This document shows positions 1 through 9,517 of a stretch of DNA of 64,000 nt, one piece after another. Within the stretch, counting starts at the first letter, position 1. Each line of letters starts with the position of its first letter. The notes under the pieces are model-generated. The model was not told the origin of the DNA, did no database searches, and was given only the letters and a program-made list of their open reading frames with translations. Source of the DNA: Patescibacteria group bacterium (GTDB taxonomy: Bacteria > Patescibacteriota > Patescibacteriia > PEXW01); NCBI GenBank assembly GCA_041738495.1, contig JBGSPR010000011.1:1495-65494 (forward strand). The letters are read 5' to 3'. Made by a program: the position numbers and the translations under genes.

Positions 1-111
1 AATGGAGCGGAGCTTGAAACCCTTGCCCGCGGGAACGAGCTGCACCATGCGCACCACTTGGTCGCTGACGTCGAGACCCATCGCATTGCTGTAGGGACGC
101 AGGAAACCCAT
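1..111 (-). CDS. pilM: Type IV pilus assembly protein PilM, N-terminal part; gene continues beyond the window start
   Basis: Minus-strand translation from the ATG at 111 gives MGFLRPYSNAMGLDVSDQVVRMVQLVPAGKGFKLRSI, a typical PilM/FtsA-like N-terminus. It lies 2 nt downstream of the pilC stop in the same operon. Confidence 0.55.
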   Translation of the reverse strand, partial: MGFLRPYSNAMGLDVSDQVVRMVQLVPAGKGFKLRSI

Positions 112-112
112 G

Positions 113-1330
113 CTAGTTGATTTGGTCGGTGAGTGAGTAAATTGGCAGGATGACAGCGACGACGATTCCGGCTACGCCTCCACCGAGGAGGAGGATGAGA
201 ATAGGCTCCAGGATGGAGGTGAGGTTCGCCATAATTTGGTCCACCTCTTCTTCGTAGAACTTCGCAATCTCCTCGCTTATTGTATCAAGGGTACCACTCT
301 CCTCGCCAACCGCCACCATTTGGGAGACGACCGGTGGGTACAGCTTGGGTGTGGACATGAGCACCTTTGCAACGCTGGAGCCTTTCTTGAGCTCCTCGGC
401 AGTGCGCTCCAGGGACTTGCGGAACACCATGTTCCCAATTGTGCGGGAGATTATCTGGAAGGTCTGCACAATGGGGATGTCCGTTTTCAAGAGCGAGCTC
501 AGGTTGCGCGTGAAGCGAGCGAGGTTAATTTTCTTTATGATTGGCCCGATAATTGGGAGAGCGAGAAGCAGCTGGTGCCAGAGGAGGCGTCCCTTCGGGG
601 TGTGGATCCACCATCGGAATGCGAACACGAAGCCAATCGCGCCAGGGATAATGAAGAAGATGTACCCGCGCATGAAGTCGGATATGGCAATGAGAATGCG
701 CGTCGGCAGGGGTAGCGTCCCGCCGGACTGCGTGAAGATTTCTAAGAGTTTCGGCACCACAACTACCATCATAACCGTGCCGAGGACGACCATGGCCACG
801 ACGACGATGGTCGGGTAGGTGAGCGCGCCACGGACTTTTGCAATGAGCTGGTGCTCCTTCTTCATCTGCACGGTGAGACGCATGAGGACATCGTCGAGCT
901 TCCCCGAAACTTCACCCGCTGCCACCATGTTCACGAAGAGCTCCTGGAAAACTTTCGGGTGCTTTGCGAGCGACGAGGAGAGCGTCGCGCCACCTTCGAC
1001 GTCGTGTGCGAGTTCCAGGATGATATTCCGAAACCCCTTGTGTTCGGTTTGCTGGGCGAGCACGTCTAGCGCGTGCCCGAGCGAGAATCCCGTGCGCACC
1101 ATGACCTGCAGGTTCTGCAGGAAGACAATTTTCTGCATCACCGGTACGCCGCCGAAGCTGAAGTTCAAGTTCAATTTCTTCTTCTGCGACGTCGTGGTTG
1201 CCCGCGTGCTCACCAGGGTCAGGCCACGCACGCGCAGCAGGGAAGCCAGGAAGTGCTCATCTTTCGCTTCCTGTGAACCGTGGAGAGTGGCGCCCTGGGT
1301 GTTGCGGGCGACGTAGGAGTACACGGGCAT
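113..1330 (-). CDS. pilC: Type IV pilus assembly / type II secretion platform protein PilC (GspF family)
   Basis: 405-aa ORF with two GspF repeats and polytopic TM segments; lies immediately downstream of pilB. Confidence 0.9.
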   Translation of the reverse strand: MPVYSYVARNTQGATLHGSQEAKDEHFLASLLRVRGLTLVSTRATTTSQKKKLNLNFSFGGVPVMQKIVFLQNLQVMVRTGFSLGHALDVLAQQTEHKGFRNIILELAHDVEGGATLSSSLAKHPKVFQELFVNMVAAGEVSGKLDDVLMRLTVQMKKEHQLIAKVRGALTYPTIVVVAMVVLGTVMMVVVVPKLLEIFTQSGGTLPLPTRILIAISDFMRGYIFFIIPGAIGFVFAFRWWIHTPKGRLLWHQLLLALPIIGPIIKKINLARFTRNLSSLLKTDIPIVQTFQIISRTIGNMVFRKSLERTAEELKKGSSVAKVLMSTPKLYPPVVSQMVAVGEESGTLDTISEEIAKFYEEEVDQIMANLTSILEPILILLLGGGVAGIVVAVILPIYSLTDQIN

Positions 1331-1332
1331 GG

Positions 1333-3060
1333 CTACTCTTTCGTTACGCGGAGGACCTCCTCAATCGTCGTGATGCCGTACTTCGCCTTGATGAACCCAT
1401 CTTCCGCCATGGTGAGCATGCCTTGCTGCGCTGCAGCACGTCGGAGGTCTTCGGTCGTGCCCTTGTTCAAAATGAGGTCGGCAATTTCATGGGTCACCTC
1501 GAGTATTTCGTAAATACCAATGCGACCTTTGTACCCTTCATGGTTGCACTGCTTGCAGCCTTTCCCTCGGTAGAAGAGGAGAGATTCTATGGGTGCGGTT
1601 TCGGACATGATTGCTCCTTCGCGAGCGAGCGTCTTCAGGATGAACTGCACGTCGAATTGCTTGTTCAGATCTTCAACCGCTGCCTTGGACAGGGTGTAGC
1701 TCTGGATGCAGTGCAGGCAGATTTTCCTCACCAAGCGTTGGGCCATGAGGATGTTCGTGGTCGACGCAATGAGGAACGAGGGCACGCCCATTTCCCCCAG
1801 GCGGGGGAGGGCAGTGACCGCGTCGTTCGTGTGCAACGTGGAGAGCACGAGGTGGCCGGTCATGGCAGCATTCGCGGCAATTTCGGCAGTCTCGTTGTCT
1901 CGGATTTCCCCAACCATGATGATGTTCGGGTCTTGTCGGAGCAGGGAACGGAGGCCACCGGCAAAGGTGAAGCCAATTTTGGGATTCACCTGGCTCTGGT
2001 TCACCTTGGGCATGCGGTACTCAATGGGATCTTCCACGGTCGAGATATTCACCTCAGGCTTGTTCAGAATGTTCAGGACAGTGTAGAGGGTGGTGGTCTT
2101 CCCCGAGCCAGTTGGTCCGGTGACCAGGATAATCCCGTGTGGCTTCTTGATGTTCCGCTTCAGCATTTCCAACGGTCGTGGCTGCAGGCCGAGCTGCTCG
2201 AGGGAGAGCACCTGCGCCGATTCGTTGAGCAAGCGGAGGACGGCTTTCTCCCCGTCGTACACCGGGAGAATGGAAACGCGGAACGCAACTTTGTAGTCCT
2301 TCGTGGTGATGGTGAATCGCCCATCCTGTGGGAGGCGATGCTCGTCAATTTTTAGGTTCGAGAGAATTTTTATGCGCGCGATGATGCCAGACTGCGTGGT
2401 TTTCGGCAGAGTCATGACCTGCTTCAGTCGACCGTCTATGCGGTACCGAACGATGAGGTCGGCTTCCTGTGGTTCGATGTGGATGTCCGACGCGCTCTCG
2501 AAGATAGCGTACTCCAGCATGCTATCCACAATGCGTACAATCGGCACGTCCTCGGCGAGGTCGGTGAGTTTCTTGCCGCCCTCGTCGTCTGCGTCTACTG
2601 GCTCCTTCGAGATTTCCTTGAACGTTGCGGAAAGCCCTTTGTGGAACTGCGAGAGCGCATTCTTTATGCTCGAAGGTGTGGTAATGGCAATGTCCGCCTG
2701 GAGTCCGGTTTTCTTCTTGATGAATTCAATCGTCTGCAGGTCCCGAGGATCCAGTGTAGCGAGTTTAATGCGCTTGGGATCCATGTCGTACGCAACAACT
2801 TGGTGTACCTGGACGAGTGGTTCTGGAACTGCCTCGAGTACATCCTTGCGAATGGTTACTTGGCGTAGGTCAATGAACGGTAACTTGTAGTACGAGGCAA
2901 TAGTCTCGTACAAGACGTTCTCCGAGAGGATGTTACTGTCTACGAGGTGTCGGTCTAAATCAACATTCGCCTTTTCTGCAGCAGCAACAGCCGCCGCGAG
3001 ATCTGTCTCGGGGAGGACATTTGCATTCGTAAGGATTTTTGCCAGGGTCGCCGACTTCAT
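1333..3060 (-). CDS. pilB: Type IV pilus assembly ATPase PilB (GspE family)
   Basis: 575-aa ORF with Walker A VTGPTGSGKTTT, GspE N-domain, Asp box and a C-terminal tetracysteine CxxC...CxxC motif. Confidence 0.92.
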   Translation of the reverse strand: MKSATLAKILTNANVLPETDLAAAVAAAEKANVDLDRHLVDSNILSENVLYETIASYYKLPFIDLRQVTIRKDVLEAVPEPLVQVHQVVAYDMDPKRIKLATLDPRDLQTIEFIKKKTGLQADIAITTPSSIKNALSQFHKGLSATFKEISKEPVDADDEGGKKLTDLAEDVPIVRIVDSMLEYAIFESASDIHIEPQEADLIVRYRIDGRLKQVMTLPKTTQSGIIARIKILSNLKIDEHRLPQDGRFTITTKDYKVAFRVSILPVYDGEKAVLRLLNESAQVLSLEQLGLQPRPLEMLKRNIKKPHGIILVTGPTGSGKTTTLYTVLNILNKPEVNISTVEDPIEYRMPKVNQSQVNPKIGFTFAGGLRSLLRQDPNIIMVGEIRDNETAEIAANAAMTGHLVLSTLHTNDAVTALPRLGEMGVPSFLIASTTNILMAQRLVRKICLHCIQSYTLSKAAVEDLNKQFDVQFILKTLAREGAIMSETAPIESLLFYRGKGCKQCNHEGYKGRIGIYEILEVTHEIADLILNKGTTEDLRRAAAQQGMLTMAEDGFIKAKYGITTIEEVLRVTKE

Positions 3061-3117
3061 GAAGGCGTTGTGCCTGAGTGCATGGTGCCTCCATTATGCT
3101 AAAAAAACTCGCAACCG

Positions 3118-4980
3118 TCAACGTGCGGGTGCTGGAGCTCGGCCGTTTCGGAAGTCGAAGACATTGATGGATCCGCCAATCCGCGCGTCAGGTTCGTAGT
3201 CGTTCAGCCACCAGTACGCGCCATCCCGGGAGAGCTGGCTCGTGATGCTTATTGCAACCACGCAGTTCACATCCATCGGTTCGTGCGGATCAGTGCGGGT
3301 AGGGAGGTAGCGGTAGTCCACGCCGTAGTAGACGAGGTCTGCTTGGCCGAAGTAGCTCATGCACACGTGCGAGATGTTCCGTTCGGCCATGTACGTTCGG
3401 AGTCGTTTCAGATCTTGACCCCAGTCGACGTTTGAATCAACGAGGTACCGTGACCCGCGCGGTGTGCCGCCGGCGAATTCAGAGAAGTAGGAGGTGTAGG
3501 TGGGGTAGGCGAGCCAGCTCGTGAGGATGTACGCTGCACCGATAGTGCCCATCAGGACTTGGAAGCTCCGTGAGGCTCGGGCGAAGGTGCTCGCGTAGAG
3601 CGCGCCCGCAACAATGAAGAGTACTACGTACGCAGGGAAAATGTGACGAATCCCCAGGTTCAGGCTACTCGACATGCTCCAGAGCATGTACGCGAGTGCT
3701 GACCACCCAACCAGGTGAGCGGCTGTTGAGAATCGTTGCCCTTGCACCACGCGCGTGCGGATGAGTGCGGCGATCGAAATGACGGTGATGGTGAGCGTTG
3801 CTGCTGGAAGTTTGACGAGGAGGGCGAAGGGGAAGTACCACCACCAGCCGAAGTTTGAGTACATGCCGTTGAGGTACGCGAGGTGCCCCCAGTACTCGTG
3901 GTTGATGACGAGTGCGAAACCTTTGAGGTACGAGAACGCCGGGATTGGCGTATCGAGGAGAAAACTGCGAACCGCGCGCCCGAGTCCGGTTGCGGGGTCA
4001 GTTGCCTTGATGATGCGCTGCACGGCAGGTGGTTGGTCAGCAACGCGCGCGTCAGCGGTCACGCGCTCTCGTTCTGCAACCAGTGCTTGCACCCACGGGT
4101 CGCTACCACCCGCCTTCACTTGGCCGAAGTAGCACGTGAATGCAGCGAGCACGGTGCCACCTACGGCAACTGCAGCAACGACGCCAGCGCGCTTCAGCGC
4201 AGTGCGGAAATTTCCCGACCGACGCCACACGGTTGCCCCCGTTGCGGCGATGGCAATGAGCAGGAGGAATGCAGCCGAGTACTTCGTCATCTGGGCGAGA
4301 CCGAAAACCACGCCGAAGGTAGCGAGCGTCTGCCACGACCAGCGCTCCAGGAGACGCGCGAGTACGTAGAGCGTGGCGAGGTACGCTAGGGTGACGCCAA
4401 CGTCGGTAGTGACGTACCTGCCGTGGGCGAGGAAGTTTGGATCGAGTGCGAACCAGCCAAGTGCGAACAGCCCGCCCGCATCCCCAGCGAGCTTCCTGCC
4501 CCAGAGGTACACCATGAGCCCGAGACCTGCGCTGAGGGCAACCATCACCAGCCGGCCGAGGAAGAGCACGTGGTCTGCGTCGTTCCCACTGTGGTAGAGG
4601 AATTCTCGAGCAAACGCCCACTGGTTTCCCTCATTCCAGGCGGGGGAGTTGATGGGCACTTCGGGTGAGCTCAGGACAACCGGGAGTGCAGCGAGGAGTT
4701 TGATGAGTGGCGGGTGCTCCTCGTTGAGTCGAAAATCCCGCGTCTTCCAGTAGGAAACGCCTGCTGCGAGGTGCACGCCCTCATCGACAGTCTGGACTTC
4801 CTCGCGCATCGAGGTAATCTGGAGAGTAGCCATGACGCACAGTACCCCAGCAACGATTGTCCGGCGTACCCAGGGTCGGATGTGGATCCACCGATCTCTC
4901 ACTCCACTCTGGAAGTCGCGTGAACGCTGGCCTGTACTTGGGTCAGGCATTGGATTGGCTGTTGCGTGGGTCATAGTCAT
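3118..4980 (-). CDS. GT39-family (PMT/ArnT-like) integral-membrane glycosyltransferase
   Basis: 620 aa, polytopic, with ArnT/Pmt-like N-terminal TM/loop region. GGAGGA Shine-Dalgarno 9 nt upstream of the ATG at 4980. Confidence 0.75.
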   Translation of the reverse strand: MTMTHATANPMPDPSTGQRSRDFQSGVRDRWIHIRPWVRRTIVAGVLCVMATLQITSMREEVQTVDEGVHLAAGVSYWKTRDFRLNEEHPPLIKLLAALPVVLSSPEVPINSPAWNEGNQWAFAREFLYHSGNDADHVLFLGRLVMVALSAGLGLMVYLWGRKLAGDAGGLFALGWFALDPNFLAHGRYVTTDVGVTLAYLATLYVLARLLERWSWQTLATFGVVFGLAQMTKYSAAFLLLIAIAATGATVWRRSGNFRTALKRAGVVAAVAVGGTVLAAFTCYFGQVKAGGSDPWVQALVAERERVTADARVADQPPAVQRIIKATDPATGLGRAVRSFLLDTPIPAFSYLKGFALVINHEYWGHLAYLNGMYSNFGWWWYFPFALLVKLPAATLTITVISIAALIRTRVVQGQRFSTAAHLVGWSALAYMLWSMSSSLNLGIRHIFPAYVVLFIVAGALYASTFARASRSFQVLMGTIGAAYILTSWLAYPTYTSYFSEFAGGTPRGSRYLVDSNVDWGQDLKRLRTYMAERNISHVCMSYFGQADLVYYGVDYRYLPTRTDPHEPMDVNCVVAISITSQLSRDGAYWWLNDYEPDARIGGSINVFDFRNGRAPAPAR

Positions 4981-5241
4981 CAGCGGGTATCCTCCAGGAA
5001 TGCAAAGCGTTGTAACACATTATAGCATTCCCTTTGGCATCGACGGCATTGGTGCGTGGTGGCACGTCTGGATGGTGCCAGCACTGGCGACCCTCATCCT
5101 GCTCGTGAGTCTGCTCTGGTTGCTCCCATTCCTCCGACGTCGCCAACCTGGAACGGTGAGCCTCATTCACACCTCTTCATTCCTGTGCAGCGCTGGTGTT
5201 GCCTGGGGAATTTTCCTCCTGCGTGTCCAGCAGGTTCCTGT

Positions 5242-6291
5242 ATGATCGACAACTACACAGTCATTCGCCTCTTCTTCCTGGCAACCGTGTCGTTCATCGT
5301 CGCCATGGCGTTCACGCCGCTCTGGGCAGGTGTGCTCTACCGCTACCGGTTGGGGAAGAAGATTCGTGCGGCGGCTGATGCCCCCGTGTTCGCGAAGTTC
5401 CATGAGAAGAAGTCTGGAACCCCAACCATGGGCGGGGTCATTGTGTGGCTCACTGCGTTCGTCATTGCCGTGCTGTTCTTCCTCATCCGCCAAATCATCC
5501 CGTCTGGGTTCTGGCACGAGCTCAACTTCCTCACCCGGCAGCAGACCTGGCTCCCCATAGGTGCTCTGGTTGCGTCGGCGCTTGTCGGCTTGGTTGACGA
5601 TTACTTCAACGTTCGGGGTTGGGGCCCGAAAGGTGGCGGACTGCAGGTGCGGCACAAGCTACTCATCTACTCGGCGATCGCTGTGGTCGGGGCGTGGTGG
5701 TTCTTCGCCAAGCTCGGCTTCAGCACCATGCACGTCCCATTCCTCGGAAACTTTGAAATTGGCTGGTGGTACGTGCCGCTCTTCATTGTCGTCATCGTTT
5801 CCACGGCGTTCTCGGTAAACGAAGTGGATGGCCTCGATGGATTGGCCGGGGGAACGCTACTCGCAGCATTCGTGGCATTCGGTGCGATTGCCTTCGTGCA
5901 GGATCGTTTCGAGCTCGCCACGTTCTGCGCGGTCATTGCTGGCGCCTTGCTCGCCTTCCTCTGGTTCAACATCCCACCCGCCCGCTTCTTCATGGGGGAT
6001 ACGGGTGCGATGTCGCTGGGCGTAACCTTAGGTATCGTTGCCATGCTCACGAATACCGCGCTGCTCTTGCCAGTCATTGGGTTGCTGTTCGTCGTGGAAT
6101 CCGCCAGCGTCATTATCCAGGTCGTCTCCAAACGCTTCCGCGGGGTGAAGGTTTTCCAATCAGCGCCGCTCCACCACCACCTCGAAGCCATTGGCTGGCC
6201 AGAGGCGAAGATCGTCATGCGATTCTGGGTTATTGCGGCGGTTACTGCGGTCATTGGCGTCGTCCTGTACCTCGTCGACCACACGCTGTAA
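5242..6291 (+). CDS. mraY: Phospho-N-acetylmuramoyl-pentapeptide transferase MraY
   Basis: Start MIDNYTVIRLFFL at the internal ATG 5242 of ORF 5056..6291; 10-TM MraY signature. The upstream 62 codons look non-coding (divergent promoter region). Confidence 0.92.
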   Translation: MIDNYTVIRLFFLATVSFIVAMAFTPLWAGVLYRYRLGKKIRAAADAPVFAKFHEKKSGTPTMGGVIVWLTAFVIAVLFFLIRQIIPSGFWHELNFLTRQQTWLPIGALVASALVGLVDDYFNVRGWGPKGGGLQVRHKLLIYSAIAVVGAWWFFAKLGFSTMHVPFLGNFEIGWWYVPLFIVVIVSTAFSVNEVDGLDGLAGGTLLAAFVAFGAIAFVQDRFELATFCAVIAGALLAFLWFNIPPARFFMGDTGAMSLGVTLGIVAMLTNTALLLPVIGLLFVVESASVIIQVVSKRFRGVKVFQSAPLHHHLEAIGWPEAKIVMRFWVIAAVTAVIGVVLYLVDHTL

Positions 6292-6332
6292 CCTGCGTCG
6301 ACCACGCTGCACGTGCGTGGTATGCTTCGGGT

Positions 6333-8423
6333 ATGCAGGCTTTTCAGTCCGCGATGCTTGCGGGACTCCCAGGCATAACGCACGGGACTGCATCCCGGTT
6401 CGCACAACCGCTCACCTTTTCTGGCCACCCTGTTCGTCGAGTGCGTGAAGCTCGACGACGCTTCTGCACATCCCTGGGAATTTCGCCAGATCACCTCACG
6501 CTAGGTCGTCAGGTGCACGGAGCCCGTGTTCGCGTCGTGACGGAATCCCACCGTGGCGCGGGAAGCGGCGACCCGGCAACCTACCTAGCCAGCACAGGCG
6601 GTTTACTCACCCAGCGTCCCGGTATTGCCTTGGGAGTGTTCACTGCCGATTGCGTGCCCGTACTCTTGCACGACCCAGTAACCGGGTGGATTGGAGCACT
6701 GCACGTTGGGTGGCGCGGGGCAGTGGCAGGAATCGTTCGTGCCGCAACACACCAGCTCACGCAGCACGGTGTAGACGTTCGTGATGTACGCGTGTGGCTA
6801 GGTCCAGCCATCTGTGGACGCTGCTTCTCTTTCGATAGTGCATCGCAAGCCAAGGATCTCCGCCGAGCATTCTCTGGCGTGGCCGTCCGTGCCCGTGCGG
6901 GTGGCTACACCGCAGATCTCCGCGCGGGCATTCGCCAGCAGTTCATCCGCCTCGGGTACCGCGCTCGTTCCATCGACGTTTCCCCCACGTGCACTGCCGA
7001 GAATCCTGCACTCCCATCCCGACGACGAGATGGCCCAACGCACGCGAATACGCTCAGTGTTATTACGCGGAATGCACTCCCGGGTGACCTGCGTGGAGCG
7101 ACCGTAGCAATCCTCGGCTTCGGCGTGCAGGGAGGAGGGGAATCTGCCCTGCGCTACGCGCTCCGCTCATACGCACAGGAAATTCTCGTTGTGGATGACC
7201 AGCCCCTCCGCACGTTCACAAAAGCTCGGCGTGCGTACCGCGACGTGCGCGTGCGCTGGATGTGCGGTTCGCGTGCAGCGAGTGCGCCGGCACGCGTCGA
7301 CGTTGTCGTGAAGAATCCTGGCGTACCACTCGACCACCCGTACCTGAAACGCGCGCGTGCGGCTGGGGCGCAAGTGTGGACGGACATTGGGATTTTCCGG
7401 GCAACCCATGACAACCCCATTATCGCAGTTACCGGCACGAAGGGAAAAACGACGGTGGCGACGTGGTTAGCCTACGTACTGCGGGCAACGCACCAACGCG
7501 TGGAGCTCGCAGGGAACGTGCGGCGCTCGCCGCTCGACATCGTCAACCTCCCACCTACAACGCCCGTTGTCCTGGAACTCTCGTCGTTCCAGCTGGAAGC
7601 GCTGGAGCAGCCGTTGCGCGCGCGCCTCGCAGTAGTAACCAATCTCTACCCCGACCACCTCAATCGTCACGTGACTATGCGGGCGTACGCGCAGGTGAAA
7701 TCCCGCATTGCAGATGGGCAGAGCCCGCAGGACGCGCTCATCTTGCCTCTGGATAGTGCGTGGGCGCGCAATTACCAAGGTCGTTCGAGAGCGCGCACTT
7801 TGTGGACGGACGCGAAGCCGAACCGTCGCGCGCAGGCGATGGTGCGGGGCGGCTGGATTGTGGTTCGTGGGAAGCGGCTTGTGGAAACGCGTACGCTCCT
7901 GCTCCAGGATGCAGCTAGTCTTCGCAATGCAGTGACGGTCGCACTCGCGGCTATTGAACTGGGTGTGCCGAGAAAGCACGTCGTGGCCCGTCTTCGCTCG
8001 TTCCGCGGTGTACCTGAACGTTTCGAAACCATTCGGGAATTCCGTACGCGGAGGTTCATCAACGATACAACAGCAACGAATCCCGTGGCCACCGCCGTGG
8101 GTTTGCAGAGCGTGCGCAAAGCATTCGTGCTCATTGCAGGAGGTGCGGACAAGGGGTTGCCACTCACGCCGCTCGTCCAGCAAGCGCGCCGCGCTCGAGC
8201 GGTTATCTTGCTGCCTGGCACTGCAACGCCTCGCCTTGCTCGCGCACTGCGCGGGCATCCAGTTGTCCGCGTGGGCTCCATGCGTGCTGCCGTTCAACGA
8301 GCCTGGGGCGCGTCACAGCCAGGGGATGCGATCATCTTGTCACCTGGCGCCGCGAGTTTCGGCCTGTTCACGAATGAGTTTGACCGAGGCGCTCAGTTCA
8401 CCGCTGCAGTGCGCGCGCTATGA
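6333..8423 (+). CDS. murD: Fusion protein: N-terminal PgeF/YfiH (DUF152, Cu-oxidase_4, peptidoglycan editing factor) joined to UDP-N-acetylmuramoyl-L-alanine--D-glutamate ligase MurD
   Basis: Continuous frame from ATG 6333 (MQAFQSAMLAGLPGITHGTASRF..., PgeF-like, including a C-terminal SRRRDG motif). MurD starts with no linker at about 7098 (ATVAILGFGVQGG ... VTGTKGKTT Mur ligase P-loop) and ends with ATGA overlap into ftsW. Confidence 0.85.
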   Translation: MQAFQSAMLAGLPGITHGTASRFAQPLTFSGHPVRRVREARRRFCTSLGISPDHLTLGRQVHGARVRVVTESHRGAGSGDPATYLASTGGLLTQRPGIALGVFTADCVPVLLHDPVTGWIGALHVGWRGAVAGIVRAATHQLTQHGVDVRDVRVWLGPAICGRCFSFDSASQAKDLRRAFSGVAVRARAGGYTADLRAGIRQQFIRLGYRARSIDVSPTCTAENPALPSRRRDGPTHANTLSVITRNALPGDLRGATVAILGFGVQGGGESALRYALRSYAQEILVVDDQPLRTFTKARRAYRDVRVRWMCGSRAASAPARVDVVVKNPGVPLDHPYLKRARAAGAQVWTDIGIFRATHDNPIIAVTGTKGKTTVATWLAYVLRATHQRVELAGNVRRSPLDIVNLPPTTPVVLELSSFQLEALEQPLRARLAVVTNLYPDHLNRHVTMRAYAQVKSRIADGQSPQDALILPLDSAWARNYQGRSRARTLWTDAKPNRRAQAMVRGGWIVVRGKRLVETRTLLLQDAASLRNAVTVALAAIELGVPRKHVVARLRSFRGVPERFETIREFRTRRFINDTTATNPVATAVGLQSVRKAFVLIAGGADKGLPLTPLVQQARRARAVILLPGTATPRLARALRGHPVVRVGSMRAAVQRAWGASQPGDAIILSPGAASFGLFTNEFDRGAQFTAAVRAL

Positions 8424-9517
8424 CCGAGTACAGACGTCCAGACTCGCTCATGTTCGCGCTCGTCGTCCTGTTGTGCGTCTTCGGCATCATCATTTTTTCT
8501 TCGGCGAGTAGCGTCGTATCGTTCCAGTCGCTGGGCGACCCGAACGCGCTGTTGAAGAAGCAGGCAATTGCCCTGGTCTTGGGGTTGCTCCTCATGGTGG
8601 TTACCATGCGCTTAGATTTGCGCATCCTCGAGCGCTACGCGACCCCAATTTTCGTTCTCTCCATTGGGCTCATGCTGCTCCCTTTCGTGCCGGGCTTGGG
8701 ACCGGAGTACCTTGGCGCAAACCGATGGGTGTCATTCGGCGGGTTTTTCTTCCAGCCGTCGGAACTCGTCAAACTCACGACAGTTGTCTTCTTCGCTCGC
8801 TGGTTGCCAACGCTGCGTTTTGACCGAACGCTGCCGAAGGAAACGTTCCTTCCGTTCCTCGGTATTCTCAGCGTCATCGTGCTCATCCTCGTGTTGCAGC
8901 CAGACCTGGGAACAGCAATCGTCATCCTCGCAGTGAGCATCACCCTGTACTTCGCCGTTGGAGCTCCTGCGAAGCACTTCGGGTGGATCGCGGGCGTCGT
9001 TGCGATCGGCCTCATCCTGCTCATCCAAGTGGCTCCGTACCGAGCTGCACGGCTTACCGTCTTCCTCAACCCAGCGGATGACACGCAGGGTTCTGCGTAC
9101 CACATCAACCAGTCGCTACTCGCAATAGGGTCGGGAGGCCTCTTCGGCCGTGGACTCGGGCACTCCATTCAGAAGTTTAACTACCTCCCAGAAGCTGAGG
9201 GCGATTCCATTTTCGCGATTGCTGCTGAAGAGCTCGGGTTCTTCTTCAGCGTCGGCTTGGTTGCGCTGTACGTTGCCATTCTGTGGCGCGGCGTGCAACT
9301 GGCCAGACTGTCGACGGACATGCCGGTGAAACTCACTATCGCTGGCATCGTCACGTGGTTCGGCGTGCAGGCGTTCATCAACATCGGTGCGCTTACTTCT
9401 GTACTCCCGCTCACTGGAGAGCCGCTCCCGTTCGTGTCGAATGGTGGTTCTTCCCTGGTCATTTCTCTCATTGCAGTTGGCGTACTCCTCAACTACTCGC
9501 GTACAATACGAACATGA
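8420..9517 (+). CDS. ftsW: SEDS-family peptidoglycan glycosyltransferase FtsW/RodA
   Basis: 365 aa, 10 TM, FtsW/RodA motifs; ATGA overlaps with murD upstream and murG downstream. Confidence 0.85.
   Translation: MTEYRRPDSLMFALVVLLCVFGIIIFSSASSVVSFQSLGDPNALLKKQAIALVLGLLLMVVTMRLDLRILERYATPIFVLSIGLMLLPFVPGLGPEYLGANRWVSFGGFFFQPSELVKLTTVVFFARWLPTLRFDRTLPKETFLPFLGILSVIVLILVLQPDLGTAIVILAVSITLYFAVGAPAKHFGWIAGVVAIGLILLIQVAPYRAARLTVFLNPADDTQGSAYHINQSLLAIGSGGLFGRGLGHSIQKFNYLPEAEGDSIFAIAAEELGFFFSVGLVALYVAILWRGVQLARLSTDMPVKLTIAGIVTWFGVQAFINIGALTSVLPLTGEPLPFVSNGGSSLVISLIAVGVLLNYSRTIRT

Noticed and set aside
1198-2355. 385-aa plus-strand ORF opposite pilB
   Set aside because: It is antisense to a well-supported GspE ATPase gene and has no motifs.
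4981-5241. The 137-aa plus-strand ORF 4832..5245 and possible regulatory RNA in the GT39-mraY divergent region
   Set aside because: The ORF overlaps the GT39 start and has no features. The 260-bp region is best interpreted as a divergent promoter spacer, with no convincing RNA structure or motif seen.
5766-6332. N-terminal 189 codons of the 885-aa ORF upstream of the PgeF start
   Set aside because: This part overlaps the mraY coding frame and has no PgeF similarity. The PgeF homology begins at the ATG at 6333, just after the mraY stop.
5667-6494. 275-aa minus-strand ORF opposite mraY and the pgeF start
   Set aside because: It is antisense to mraY. Its composition is typical of shadow ORFs (Ser/Thr/Arg-rich).
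7467-8297. 276-aa minus-strand ORF opposite murD
   Set aside because: It is an antisense shadow ORF within murD.
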